Positions 50,290-62,423 of a stretch of 64,000 nt of DNA are shown here, in pieces. The notes under the pieces were generated by a model. That model did no database searches, was not told the DNA's origin, and saw nothing but the letters and a program-made list of their open reading frames with translations. The DNA lies in NCBI RefSeq assembly GCF_004010195.1, contig NC_057718.1, forward strand, positions 20,462,915 through 20,526,914, in the 5' to 3' direction. The stretch is from Chiloscyllium plagiosum (Eukaryota). The position numbers were made by a program, and so were the translations under genes. Within the stretch, counting starts at the first letter, position 1; every line of letters starts with the position of its first letter.

Positions 50290-51745
50290 GGAGGACAAAG
50301 CATTTGACAATCTACTTGGATTTCAGTAAGACTCTTGATATCTTCATTATCAGTCTTCCATCCAGGAAGCTAAGTACCTATGGAATCCAAGGAAACTTGG
50401 CAAATTTGATCCAGAATTGGCTGAGTGGCAGGGAGCAGAACATGATTGTCAAGGTGTTTTTGTGACTAGAAATCTGTGTCCAGTAGGATTCTGCAGGCAT
50501 CAGTGTTAAGATCTTGCTGTTTGTGGTATGTACAGGTGTACCCCCGTATCCGCGGATGATATGTTCCAAGATCTACCACACATGCCCGATAGTAGCGAAT
50601 CCTATCATACAAATGAGAAAGTTACCTGTCCAGCAGCCCCCGGAATTATTTCTGGAATGTTCCATGTAATATTTTCCGGCCGGGGTATGCCACGGATAAC
50701 TGAAACCACGGAAACGGGGGTTCTACTGTATAAACTATTTATATTTGATGTCAGATGATTAATCAGTATGTTTGTGAATGATATGAAAATTGATGGGGTG
50801 GTAAATAGTGAGGAGGATAGCATCAGATTACAGGATGGCATGGACTGGCTGGTCAGATGAGTTGATCAATAGCAAGTGAAATTCAAATTGTGAAGTCATG
50901 TACTTGGATAGGACAAACAAGGCAAGGGAGTACATGATGAACGGTAGGACCCTTGGGTGCAAAGATCAGACTGGTGTGCATGTCCATTGGCCCCATACAA
51001 TAATAGGACAGATAGATAAAATGTTTATGAAAGCTTATGCAATACTTGCCTTTATTAGTCAAGGCATGTGTTAAGCAGGAACTGTGTAAATATTGGTTAG
51101 GCCACAGTTAGAGTATTGTAGTTCTGGAATCCACATTATAGGAGAGAATGATTAAACTTCAGAGTGTGCAGAGGAGATTTACCAGGATGTTGCCAATTTA
51201 CTTAAGAGTTCTGGTTATAAGAAGTGAATGAAGAGGCTAGGGTTGTTTTCCTTGGAGCAGAGGACACTGAAGAGGAGGCATGTTGGAGAGGTATAAAATT
51301 ATAAGACCATAAGACATAGGAGCGGAAGTAAGGCCATTTGGCCCATTGAGTCCACTCCGCCATTCAATCATGGCTGATGGGCATTTCAACTCCACTTACC
51401 CGCATTCTCCCCGTAGCCCTTAATTATGAGGGGCATAGATAGGAAGGAAATTTCCTTCCTGGTGGAGGGATCAGTGATCAGAGGGCAGGTGGTTTAGGAG
51501 ACAATGGGAAGCAAATTTTTTCACTTAGAGGATGGGGGGAATCTGGAATCACTACCTGTGTGGGTGGAAGAGGCAGAAACGCTCATACCATTGAAGTAGT
51601 ATTTAGGTATACACTTGCGATTCCAAGGCCATGAGCCAAGTGCTCAAAAATGGGACTAGAATAGTTAGGTGATTGTTTTTGATGGAGCAGTGCTGAAGGG
51701 ATGAAGGGCCTTTTTCCCATGGTGTAGATATCTAGGACTCCATGA
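50290..51745 (+). mobile_element. Decayed CR1 fragment with nested MITE and an inverted CR1 tail (51301-51421)
   Basis: YLDFSK remnant ~50313, WIQNWLSGREQ ~50410, LVRPQLEYC ~51095; interrupted as stated. Confidence 0.8.
50533..50728. mobile_element. Tc1/mariner (Tigger-like) MITE
   Basis: TA on both sides; imperfect TIRs CAGGTGTACCCCCGTATCCGCGG / CCACGGAAACGGGGGTTCTACTG. Confidence 0.8.
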
Positions 51746-53179
51746 CATTTCACATGAACCTGAATAACTGATACACAACAGCCTATGTACAAAGATTTTC
51801 TACTGTTGGTAGAATATTTTCTCCTTGACAGTTTTTTGATGCTGAAGGTTTGTAATGATACAGGAATAGAACAAATCCCTTTAGGTAACAAAAAATAAAT
51901 AAGATGTACTAAAACAAGACAGAAATCAAGTGGATTGTGTCTCAACATTTAAGAAAGTGAACAAATTCAGCTGACTAACCTATTATTTCACATCCTTACT
52001 TGGGAAAGAAAACATTAAAAATAAGCACAATATTTTCTGAATTATGATAACAACAGCTGTAACTCTAGTATACTCCATACTTAATGGGATGGATTTTCAA
52101 CTTCACTTCAGCATTAATCGGGTGAGAGTATCATCAATCTTAATTGAATTAAATACAAGGAAATATAAAAACTAGGCATAAAAACTGTGGCCACCAGTGC
52201 ATGTGAGAGGCAAGTAAGTCTCTGATTAAAGTCTTTAGAAGACCCTAGTTAGAAGTGTGAAGGAATGCTTTCCACTTGCCTGCCTGAGTGCAGGAACAAC
52301 AGCACTCAATAATTCAACACTATATTGCATAATTAGCCTGTTTGATTGGCACCTCATCCAATTTAACATTAACTGCTTTCATGACTAACAGACAGTAGCT
52401 GTACTGTATGCCATCTAAAAAATGCATATTATAATGTTCCAATGTTTCTGTGACAGTACCTCTCAAACCACCTAGGAGAACAAAAGGTAATAGTGACATA
52501 AGAATCCCATGACAACCTTTCTAATTTGGAAATATATTTAATATTCCTTTATTATCTATGTCAAAATCTTGTAACACTCTACCCAATAACCCTGTGGAAG
52601 TACTTTCACATCTCTGAATACAACAATTAAAAAAGATAGTTCACCACTGCCTCCTCAAAATATAATTTGGAATGAGCAATAAACGCTAACTTTGTCAGCC
52701 CAGTCCACCCTAGAACAAAATTTTAAAAATCTATAACCGATATTTGATCTATTAGCAACTGTGGCTAATTGAGAAGCTAGGTGTAGAAAATTGTATTTTT
52801 GATTTTTAGATTAAGCTCCGTTGGGCTTTCATCTCAGCATTTTGAAACAAATGCATGTACTTCAAAGTTTTCAAAGGTGGGGTGGGCCTTTACTTTGGAT
52901 TTGAAATGCACTGCTTAAATAGATGATGGACACAGATTTAGTAATACTTCCAAGAGGGAATTGATAAATATTGCAAAGAGAAAAAAATTCTCAACAAGTA
53001 GCAAAGAGCTCCAAAAGGAGTGTACTGTATCTGGGATAGCAGCATCCAACAGTTTTGAGTATGAATAGGTCTTATTCTTTGTCAGAGTCAGAGTCAATAC
53101 TCTTGGTCATCATTCAGGTGAGGTCAAAATACTGCTTGTAAATGTTCAACAAAACCCTAGAAGCTACACTAATATGTCC

Positions 53180-54285
53180 TGTTGCAGTTGTTATGGGTAT
53201 GTTCACCAAGCTGGAAAGTTGAGTTTGAAATGTTTTGTCCCCATTCTAGGTGGCATCCTCTGTGCTGTGGAGCCTCTTGTGAAACGTTGCTGTACTGTGT
53301 CAGTTGGAATTTATTTTGTTTCGTTCCTGCTGCTTCCGGTTGCCGGTTCCAGTTGTTTGTTGCAGTGGTTGGCATATTGGGTTGAGGTCAGTACTTCTGG
53401 TTGTTCATTGCAGCGATCGGTATATTGAGTCGAGGTCAATGTGTTTATTGATGGAGTCAGTGGATGAGTGCCATACTTCTGAAATTCTCTAGCGGTCCTC
53501 TATTTGGCTTGTCCTATTATTGTTGTGGTGTCCCAGTTGAATTTGTGGTCATTGTCATCTATGTGTATAGCTACTAGGGACAGCTGGTTGTGACATTTAG
53601 TGATTAGTTAATGTTCATGCATGCGGATTGCTAGTTGTTTGCCCGATACAGTGTTTTGCGCAGTCCCTGATGGAATCTTGTACACTATGTTTGTCCTGAA
53701 TGTGGATTTATGATAGCACCTAAACCGACAGCCATGCTCAGACAACAATTCACCAGAACAAAAGACAGAATACCTATCATGAGCAGGACAATTGATTGGA
53801 TGCAGTGACTGCACAAAACAATATAGGACAAACAGGCAGACAACTAGTGATCCGCTTAAGTGAACATTAACTAACCACTAAACACCATGACTAGGTGTCC
53901 CTAGTAGCTATACACTCAGATGACAAAGACCACAAATTTGACTGGGACCAGACAACAATAATAGGACAAGCCGAACAGTGAGCAGCCAGAACATTTCTAG
54001 AAGTATAGCAATCATCCACTGACTCAATCAATAAACACACAGACCTCGAATCAACATGCCAACTACTGAAACAAACAACCGGAACTGATAACCGGATTCA
54101 ACCGGAACGAAACCAAATAAATTCCAAGCAACACAGTAGAATAGCACTTCGCAGGACGCTCCACAGCACTGAGGATGTCACCTAGAAAGGGGATGAAACA
54201 TCTATAAATCAACTTCCCAGATCGGCGAGCATACCCACAAGTGCAACCAGCACCTGAGTTGCAAATGTTTACACAAACCTTTAAT
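53180..54285. mobile_element. Penelope-like element: two inverted partial copies (GIY-YIG plus terminus)
   Basis: 53180-53710 (-) mirrors 53790-54285 (+); TNIVYKIP, YIGQTGRQL remnants; decayed hammerhead CTGAGGA..GAAACATC at ~54169-54202. Confidence 0.82.
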
Positions 54286-54547
54286 ATGTCCTGTATCTGA
54301 TCATTCATTCTAGACTTTCAAAATTTTCACCTGAATTAGTGTATATGATAGTTAGATCAGTAACACATACAGCATATTTATCTGTATTATGTTTAAAGCA
54401 TTTTCAAAATTAATGCTGTGACTAAAATAGTCGAAAGGGTGGCAGTCACTTTGCCAGATTACTGCTCAGACAGTGAAGTGGAAAATCCAGCCCAATTTAC
54501 CTGTTTGTAATGATGTAGATAATTTTTGCATCTCATTTCACAGTTAC

Positions 54548-54707
54548 CTCAGTTTTGAGTTCCTTGAGGAGAAACGACATTGGTTGGCCATGCAGATTAC
54601 CTGATGGTGTTGTATTAGGAGTGTTAATGTCAGCATGGGCATCTACCCACACCACACACAGGTTTGAGTGACATGCTGCATCCCCAGAAATCGATCCAAT
54701 TGCTAAA
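54548..54707 (-). CDS. ARG1-like arginase exon 4
   Basis: 160 nt, TTACAG|..GAG|GTAACT; (S)[53 protein letters not shown]; DAHxD and NLHGQP motifs. Confidence 0.97.
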
Positions 54708-56513
54708 CTGTAATAAGAAAATGCTTTTACGTTATTACATATTTCAATTTGTTTCCTTTGTATTATGAAATCTCCATTTTATGTTTCAGTGATGGATTTT
54801 TAGTTTGTTTCCATGAGACTCTGTGGCAAGAAAACATCTTACAGACTGTTCTCAGCAAATTCTAAATCGAACAAATCTATTGCACAATGCATTTGACAAG
54901 TAACACCAGTCTGGTCCATGGAGATTGTCAACCACCACTTTAATACTATCAGTCTATTAAACATTAATGGTTCTCTTGTGTTTCCTATCATAAACAATTT
55001 CTAGTCACTTTGTTTTTGGGATATGAACAGCACGATAAGGCCAGCATTAATTGCACGAGTTGAGTGGCGTGTTTGGCCATTCCAGAATGCAACTAAGAGT
55101 CAACCATGTTACTTTGGGTCTGGAGTTTTGTGTAGATTAGAATGAGTAATGGCAATTCCCTCCCTGAAGGATGTTGGTAAAGCAAGTCAATTTTGATGAC
55201 AGCCTCTAGTTTTGTGATTATTTTTAGTGAATCTTGTAGTTTATTCCAGATTTATTCATTAATTGAATTTAATCTCACCTAGCAGGTGGGATTTGAACAG
55301 TTTCCTTTCAAGCATTAGTCCTGTTGTGTAGACTACTAGGTCATTATGCTGCCATCTCAATGCTGTTGTTACTTTGACAAAACATTACACTGCACCACCC
55401 ATCTTATAAATATGTTCTGTTAGCAGATGTCACTGATGAGACATTGGTGAGACCATACACATGAAAGTCATCAGGAAAAAAAAAAATCAAAATTTATATC
55501 CCTAAGTCTATAACAATGATTTAGGAGACACACCTGTGCAGTAAAACAGGGATTTTAGACTAGACAATAAGAGGGTGTGCAGAATCAAAATAAAATGTCC
55601 CATTGTCGATAAGAATTGCATGGTTAGACTGGAATCTGTATAAAGTGTTAACAAGCTTTTGTTCAACATCAGAGATAAATGTAGTGGATGAGAGAAGTCC
55701 AGAAGCTATTTGAAAAAAAGGTAATCTGGGAATACAACAAAAAACTTTCAGTCTTGAATTCCATGACTGTTTACCTTTTTGAGATTCGGAGAATTATAAT
55801 GGACTGTATGTTATTACAATGAAACAAAGTTTGATTATGTTAAAGGTGCTATATAAATGTGGTTTTCAGAATAAGTGTGGTGTTGATAAAAATGAGATCA
55901 CCTTAGTAATAGAGAAAATTAAACAATTGTAAATTAATGAATTTAATTGAATAATAAATAAAATACATTGTTTTCCACACAGTCCACTTGTATTTGTAGG
56001 ATTAGCAAGAATACATCTGATTTATTTGAGGCCTGCAGACAGATATTCTTATGATCAGATCTTCAGCACCTGCCACCCTATAATTTGGAATATCTAGAGC
56101 CTGCTTATCAAGTGTGTGTAGCCACTTCACCTACACTATCCACACAACGAAAAATTTTGTCTGCTCCCATTGGCACTCAGTTTGAGATCACTCAATGGGT
56201 TGGAATATTTGAGCTATATGCAGGGATTGTTTTTGGCACATTGGAGGCTGAGGGGTGACATTATGGAGGTTTATAAAATCATGAGGAGCATGGATAGGGT
56301 GAATAGACAAGATCTTTTCCCTGGGGGAGTTCAGAACTAGAGGGCATAGGTTTAAGGTGAGAGAGGAAAGATTTAAAAGGATCTAAGGGGCAACTTTTTA
56401 TGCAGAGAGTGGTGCATGTATGGAAAGAGATGCCAGAGGAAGTGAAGGCTGATACAACTACAACATTTAAAAGGCATCTGGATGGGTATGCGAATGGGAA
56501 GGGTTTAAGAATG

Positions 56514-59162
56514 GGACTTTAGATCAGAGTGGTGCTGGAAAAGCACAGCAGGTCAGGCAGCATCTGAGGAGTAGGAAAATTGACGTTTCGGGCAAAAGCC
56601 CTTCATCAGGAATAGAGGCAGAAAGCCTCCAGGGTGGGAGATAAAGGTGGGGGGAGGGGGCGGGGCGCTGGGAAGAAGGTAGCAAAGAGGACAATAGGTG
56701 AATGGGGTTGGGGATGGAGATGATAGGTCAGAGGGGAGGGTGGAGCAGATAGGGGAGGAAGGGAGATTGGCAGGTAGGACAGGTCATGAGGACAGTGCTG
56801 AGCTGGAAGGTTGGAACTGGGGTAAAGTATGGGGAGGGGAAATGAGGAAACTGGTGAAGTCCACATTGATGCCCTGGGGTTGAAGTGTTCCGAGGCGGAA
56901 GATGAGGCGTTCTTCCCCCAGGCGTCGGGTGGTGAGGGAATGGCGGTGGAGGAAGCCCAGGACCTGCATGTCCTCGGCAGAGTGGGAGCAGGAGTTGAAA
57001 TGTTGGGCCACGGGGCAGTGGGGTTGATTGGTACGGGTATCCCGGAGATGTTTCCTGAAGCACTCTGCGAGGAGGGGTCCAGTCGCCTCAATGTAAAGGA
57101 GACCGCATCGGGAGCAACGGATACAATAAGTGACATTGGTGGATGTGCAGGTGAAACTTTGATGGATGTGGAAGCCTCCTTTGGGGCCTTGGATGGTGGT
57201 GAGGGTGCAGGTTTTGCAATTCCTGATGTGGCAGGGGAGGGTGCCAGGATGGGAGGGTGGTTTGTTGGGGGCGTAGACCTGACCAGATAGTCACGGAGGG
57301 AACGGTCTTTGCGGAAAGCGGAATGAGGTGGGGAGGGAAATATATCTCTGGTGGTGGGGTCCGTTTGGAGGTGGCGGAAATGTCAGCGGATGACGCGGTT
57401 AATGCGAAGGTTGGTAGGGTGGAAAGTGGGACCCGGGTGGGGAGGGGTTCTGTCCTTGTTATGGTTGGAGGGGTGGGGTTGGAGAGCAGAGGTGCAGGAA
57501 GTGGATGAGATACGTTGGAGGGCATCTTCAACCATGTGAGAAGGGAAATTGTGATCTCTAAAGAAGGAGGCCATCTGATGTGTTCTGTGGTGGAACTGGT
57601 CCTCCTGGGAGCAGATACGGCAGAGGTGGAGGAATTGGGAATATGAGATGGCATTTTTGGAGGAGGTAGGGTGGCAAGAGGTGTATTCCAGGTAGCTGAG
57701 GGAGTCGGTGGGTTTGTAAAAACATGTCAATATCAAGTCGGTCGTCATTAATGGAGATGGAGGGGTCCAGGAAGGCGAGGAGGGTGTCAGAGATGGTCCA
57801 GGTGAATTTAAGGTCAGGGTGGAATGTGTTGGTGAAGTTGATAAACTGCTCAACCTCTTCGCAGTCATCAATGTTGCAGAGGAAGAGGTGGGGAGTGGTG
57901 CCGATATAACTACGGAAGATGGACTGTCCTACACAGCCGTCAAAGAGACAGGCATAGGTGGGGCCCATACGGGTGCCCATGGCTACCCCTTTGGTTTGGA
58001 GGAAGTGGGAGGATTCGAAGGAGAAGTTGTTAAGGGTGAGGACCTGTTCAGCCAAACGAATGAGTGTCAGTGGAAGGGTACTGTTGGGGACATCGGGAGA
58101 GGAAGAAATGGAGGGCTTGGAGGCCCTGGTCATGGCGGATGGACGTATAGAGGGAGTGGATGTCCATGGTGAAGATGTGGCATTGGGGGCCAGGGAAACA
58201 GAGGTCTTGGAGGAGGTGGAGGGCGTGGGTGGGGTCTTGAACATATGTGGGGAATTCCTGGACTAGGGAGGATAGGACAGTATCGAGGTAGGTGGAGATG
58301 CGTTCGGGGGTGCAGGAGCAGGCTGAGACAATGGGGCGGGATGGTCAGGCTTGTCGATCTCTGACTACCTGGTCAGGTCCATGCCCCCTAACAAACCACC
58401 CTCCCGTCCTGGCACCCTCCCCTGCTACCGCAGGAATTGCAAAACCTGCGCCCATACCTCCTCCCTCACCACCATCCAAGGCCCCAAAGGAGCCTTCCAC
58501 ATCCAAAGTTTCACCTGCACTTCCACCAATGTCACTTATTGTATCCATTGCTGTCTGATGCAGTCTCGTCTACACTGGGGAGACTGGACGCCTCCTCGCG
58601 GAGCGCTTCAGGGAACATCTCCGGGATACCCGCACCAATCAACCCCACTGCCCCGTGGCCCAACATTTCAACTCCCACTCCCACTCTGCCAAGGACATGC
58701 AGGTCCTGGGCCTCCTCCACCGCTGCTCCCTCACCACCCGATGCCTGGAGGAAGAACACCTCATCTTCCGCCTCGGAACACTTCAACCCCAGGGCATCAA
58801 TGTGGACTTCAACAGTTTCCTCATTTCTCCTCCCCCCACCTTACCCCAGTTCCAACCTTCCAGCTCAGCACTGTCCTCATGACCTGTCCTACCTGCCAAT
58901 CTCCCTTCCCACCTATCCACTCCACCCTCCCCTCTGACCCATCACCTCCATCCCCAACCCCCATTCACCTATTCTACTCTTTGCTACCTTCTCCCCAGCC
59001 ACCACCACCCCCAATTTATCTCTCCACCCTGAAGGCTTCCTGCCTCTATTCCTGATGAAGGGCTTTTCCTGCTCCTCAAATGCTTCCTGACCTGCTGTGC
59101 TTTTCCAGCACCACTTTGATCTAAACTCTGGTTTCCAGCATCTACAGTCCTCACTTTTGCCT
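56514..59162. mobile_element. Penelope-like retroelement: RT+GIY-YIG copy on - (56514-58349) joined to an inverted partial copy on + (58350-59162)
   Basis: RT motif LTLNNFSFESSHFLQTKGVAMGTRMGPTYACLF, GIY-YIG FTCTSTNVTYCIHC, EEHLIFRLGTLQPQGIN in both orientations; hammerhead-bearing termini at both ends. Confidence 0.93.
56578..56613 (-). ncRNA. Minimal hammerhead ribozyme, core intact, stem I weakened
   Basis: Minus strand ATTC-CTGATGA-A-GGGC(tttt)GCCC-GAAAC-GTC-AATT. Confidence 0.6.
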
Positions 59163-59316
59163 TAGAGAGAAACAGTCCAAGTGCTGGCAAATGGGGCTAG
59201 ATTGTTTTCGTACATCTAGTCAGCGTGGACAGAAGGGTCCGTTTCCATGCTGTACATCTCTTTGCCTCTGACTCTCAAATTCTGGAATAATGGGTTACAC
59301 TATCAAACTCCTCATT

Positions 59317-59765
59317 AGGAGAAAGTGAGGACTGCAGATGCTGGAGAGTCATAGAGTTAAAAAGGGTGGTGCTGAAAAAGCACAGCAGGTCAGGCAGCAT
59401 CCAAGGAGCAGGAGAATCAGCATTTCAGACATAAGCCCTTCATCAGGAACGTGGAGGGGGAGGAGAAGGTAGGTGGGAAGGCGATAGGTGGATGCAGGTG
59501 GGGGGTAATCGTGATGGGTCAGGTGGAGCAGATGGGTGGGAAGGAAGATAGATGGGTAGGACAGGTCAAGAGGACGGTATCGAGTTGGAGGGTTAGATCT
59601 GGGAGAAGGTGGGGGGGGGGGGCGAAAAAAAGAGGGGAGATTTGGAAACAGGTGAAGTCGATGTTGATACTGTGGGTTGAAGGGTCCCAAGGCAGAAGGT
59701 GAGGTGTTCTTTCTCCACTTGACGGGTGGCTTTAATTTGGCAGTGGAGGAGGCCTAGGCTTGCAT
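59317..59765 (-). mobile_element. Penelope-like 3' terminus fragment
   Basis: ggagaaagtgaggactgcagatgctggaga...aagcccttcatcagg terminus plus end of the GIY-YIG region. Confidence 0.82.
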
Positions 59766-60438
59766 TAGTTTAATGCTTGGTCAAATAATTTTGATTTGTT
59801 CAGATCCCATTTGGAGCAGTATTTTCAGTTCAACATGATTTACCAGCATAATTATGGGTGATCCAGGAATAAAAGTAAGGACTGATTGCCTCGCACAAAC
59901 CAGTGGTTCTCAAACTGGGGTCTTTTGATCTTGGGCTTCATACAGACTTCCCGCAAAGTTCACAAAATAATAATGTGTCAGAGGAGAAAGGTTTAGTGCT
60001 AAAAGACAGCAGCAGAGTGGTCATGCTTCATGTGCAATGCCAAATGGACTTCATTGTTTCACTGTGGAAAGAAGCGGCAAGTGTGGCATGACGATCCCCT
60101 GGTAGACCCAGTAACAAGTCTGGTGGTGGATGCCTGGTGTGTTAACCTTTTCAAGAAAGGGGCATATTTAAAAAAAATTGTGCTCCATTTCTGTGAACTA
60201 AGAAGCAGACTAACCCATTTCATTGTTATCTGCAAGTAGATAGATATTTTCTTAGAAGCAATTTCAGAACATTTTATATCAGTACTTCCATATTAAGTAT
60301 TATAGAGTGTTGTGTAGTATTAGAATTTAAAATGAGGATTGTGTGACTATTAATCCATTTGAAAGGAAGACTTTCCAATCTAGTCTGGGAATCATTATTT
60401 TAGAATATCATAACCTAGTCTCAGCGAAAATACTGTCA

Positions 60439-60770
60439 GGGATGGCACAGTTGCTCAGTGGTTAGCACTGCTGCCTCAGCGCCAGAGATTCTGTTTTGAC
60501 TCCAGCCTCAGGCAACTGTCTGTGTGGAGTTTGCAGATTCTCCCCATGTCTGCATGGGTTTCCTCCGGGTGCTCTGGTTTCTTCCCACAATCCAAAGATG
60601 TGCAGGTTAGGTGAATTGGCAATGCTAAATCGCCCATAGTGTTCAGGGGTGCTTAGGTTAGGCGCATTAGTCAAGGGAAATGTAGGGGAATGGGTCTGGG
60701 TGAGTTACCCTTCAGAGGGTCAGTATGGACTTGTTGGTTCCAGTGGCCTGTTTCCACACTAGAGATTCTG
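60439..60770 (+). mobile_element. HE1/V-SINE-type SINE
   Basis: ggcacagttgctcagtggttagcactgctgcctca..., tgtgtggagtttgca.attctccc, CR1-like tail. Confidence 0.88.
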
Positions 60771-62248
60771 TGAGATGCATGCCTTCCCCTTCTCTCACTA
60801 TGTATGAATGCCAGAACTATTTACATAGCTACTGATTAATGATCCAATAAGTCCAATGTGCACTTACAGAAATCAGCAGACTTCAATTTCAGGTTATAGT
60901 TGACTGCACTCATGTGACTTTTTGTACACCACCCAACATGCCCGCTACCTTCATGAACAGAAAAAGGCTTCTGTTGTTGAGTGATTGTTACTGACGCAGT
61001 ATAAAATCCACACTTGCCAAGAGAACAAAGATACATCCAGAACCTTGGAGCCATTAAATCCATCACGGACTACACATTAGACTGGTCAACTAATGTGTTT
61101 GCCGCTTTGATATATCTGAAGGTTTTCCAGTAATGGGCAGATGCTCAGTATTATGACTTAGCAAATAATTAATTGTATAGACTTGTTTCAGAGTCCAGTG
61201 AACATTACATTAACATCTGTCAGCACAATCCCTTTGTGCACTTGAGTTCAGCAACCACTCCAATTACTTTCCCAAGCTAACTAACTAACCTACCTTTAAT
61301 TCCTGTCCGTAGGAACCTTTGGTATTTCTGCAGGAGCGAAATCCCTGACTGGTGACAATGGCTCAGAAGGCAGGCAGAATTCAGACACATGGCAGTTTTC
61401 ATTCAAACATTCACCAGATCATGCAAGGAGAGGGCCAAAGACTCCCCCTGAATCGGACCTCAATGTAAAGATCTGACCTCAATGATCTTAATTTTTGGTT
61501 CAGATCAGAGGAGAGGTTAATGACGTTCTGATTTTCACACTGAGATACAGTATTTTTATATATTATGGTACAATAAATCACATACAATGTGGTCACTCTG
61601 TGCTCTCCCTTATTCTATATATCCAATCCTGTGAAATACCTAATCAATGATGGACATTCCTATGGAAAGCCTTAGGTTCCCCATGATCTGATGATGTTTA
61701 ATAGACATCGTAATCATTAACAGACATTCAATGCATCTGATTAATTTGTAGTACAAGGTTACTGGCTATACTTCTTCAGAGAGGTCCCAGACTTGCTTCT
61801 TTTTAAAGACTGTTTGAATTTTGTTGTTCATTGTATTCATTTACTATCTCTATCAAATTCTGTTCTCCTCATATTTCCCACTGTCCTAGTTATAAAACAT
61901 ACAAGACAGTTGGTTTTTAAACTAACTGCTATAAGATTCATAATGTTAATTCTATTCTGTAATTATAAAAAAAACTTTACATATATCTACCCCTACTTTT
62001 AGCATTCTTTAGCTAATGAGTTGTGATCAATATTGTTTCTCACAATACAATTTAAATCTGACCCTCTTTCCATTCAATCAAACATTGCCCGATTTCCCTA
62101 TTTTTCTATAGGAATAGGAAATACGGGATATATTTTAATGACCTTCTAATATTTTCAGTAGTTGCATGTCAGGCTGGTGAACATTTTGGATAACATCCTT
62201 GTAGATGTCTTTGAAGTTAACAATTTGGATAAAAGAAAAAGGAAATAC

Positions 62249-62423
62249 CTGTGATCACCCCCAAGAATGACACAGAGTCGGCCATCTGCTTTTACTTTTT
62301 TAACAGCTTCAAATAATTTTGCATTTGCTTTCCCCACTGTCCGAGGCATTTTGACAGTTCCAAATGGTTCATCTTTCAGCTCATCTTCAAATGTCAAATT
62401 CCCGTAGTCCTTCAGATTACAAC
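62249..62423 (-). CDS. ARG1-like arginase exon 3 (exons 1-2 presumably beyond window end)
   Basis: 175 nt, TTTCAAG|..AG|GTATTT; (G)CNLKDYGNLTFEDELKDEPFGTVKMPRTVGKANAKLFEAVKKVKADGRLCVILGGDH(S); GGDH Mn ligand H101; length matches ARG1 rather than the one-codon-longer ARG2 exon. Confidence 0.97.

Larger units (their letters stand above)
56210..59275 (+). mobile_element. CR1 3' end split by the Penelope-like element
   Basis: RLRGDIMEVYKIMR at ~56245-56290; tail resumes at ~59163 (ttagagag..gtgctggcaaatggggctagatt). Confidence 0.8.

Noticed and set aside
56606..59055. Cluster of 150-234 aa overlapping ORFs as novel genes
   Set aside because: Alternative or broken frames of a GC-rich Penelope RT/GIY-YIG element
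19033..62423. Arginase as a pseudogene because of the early stop
   Set aside because: All six exons have canonical splice sites, conserved phases, no internal stops and a complete active site, while the surrounding repeats are heavily decayed
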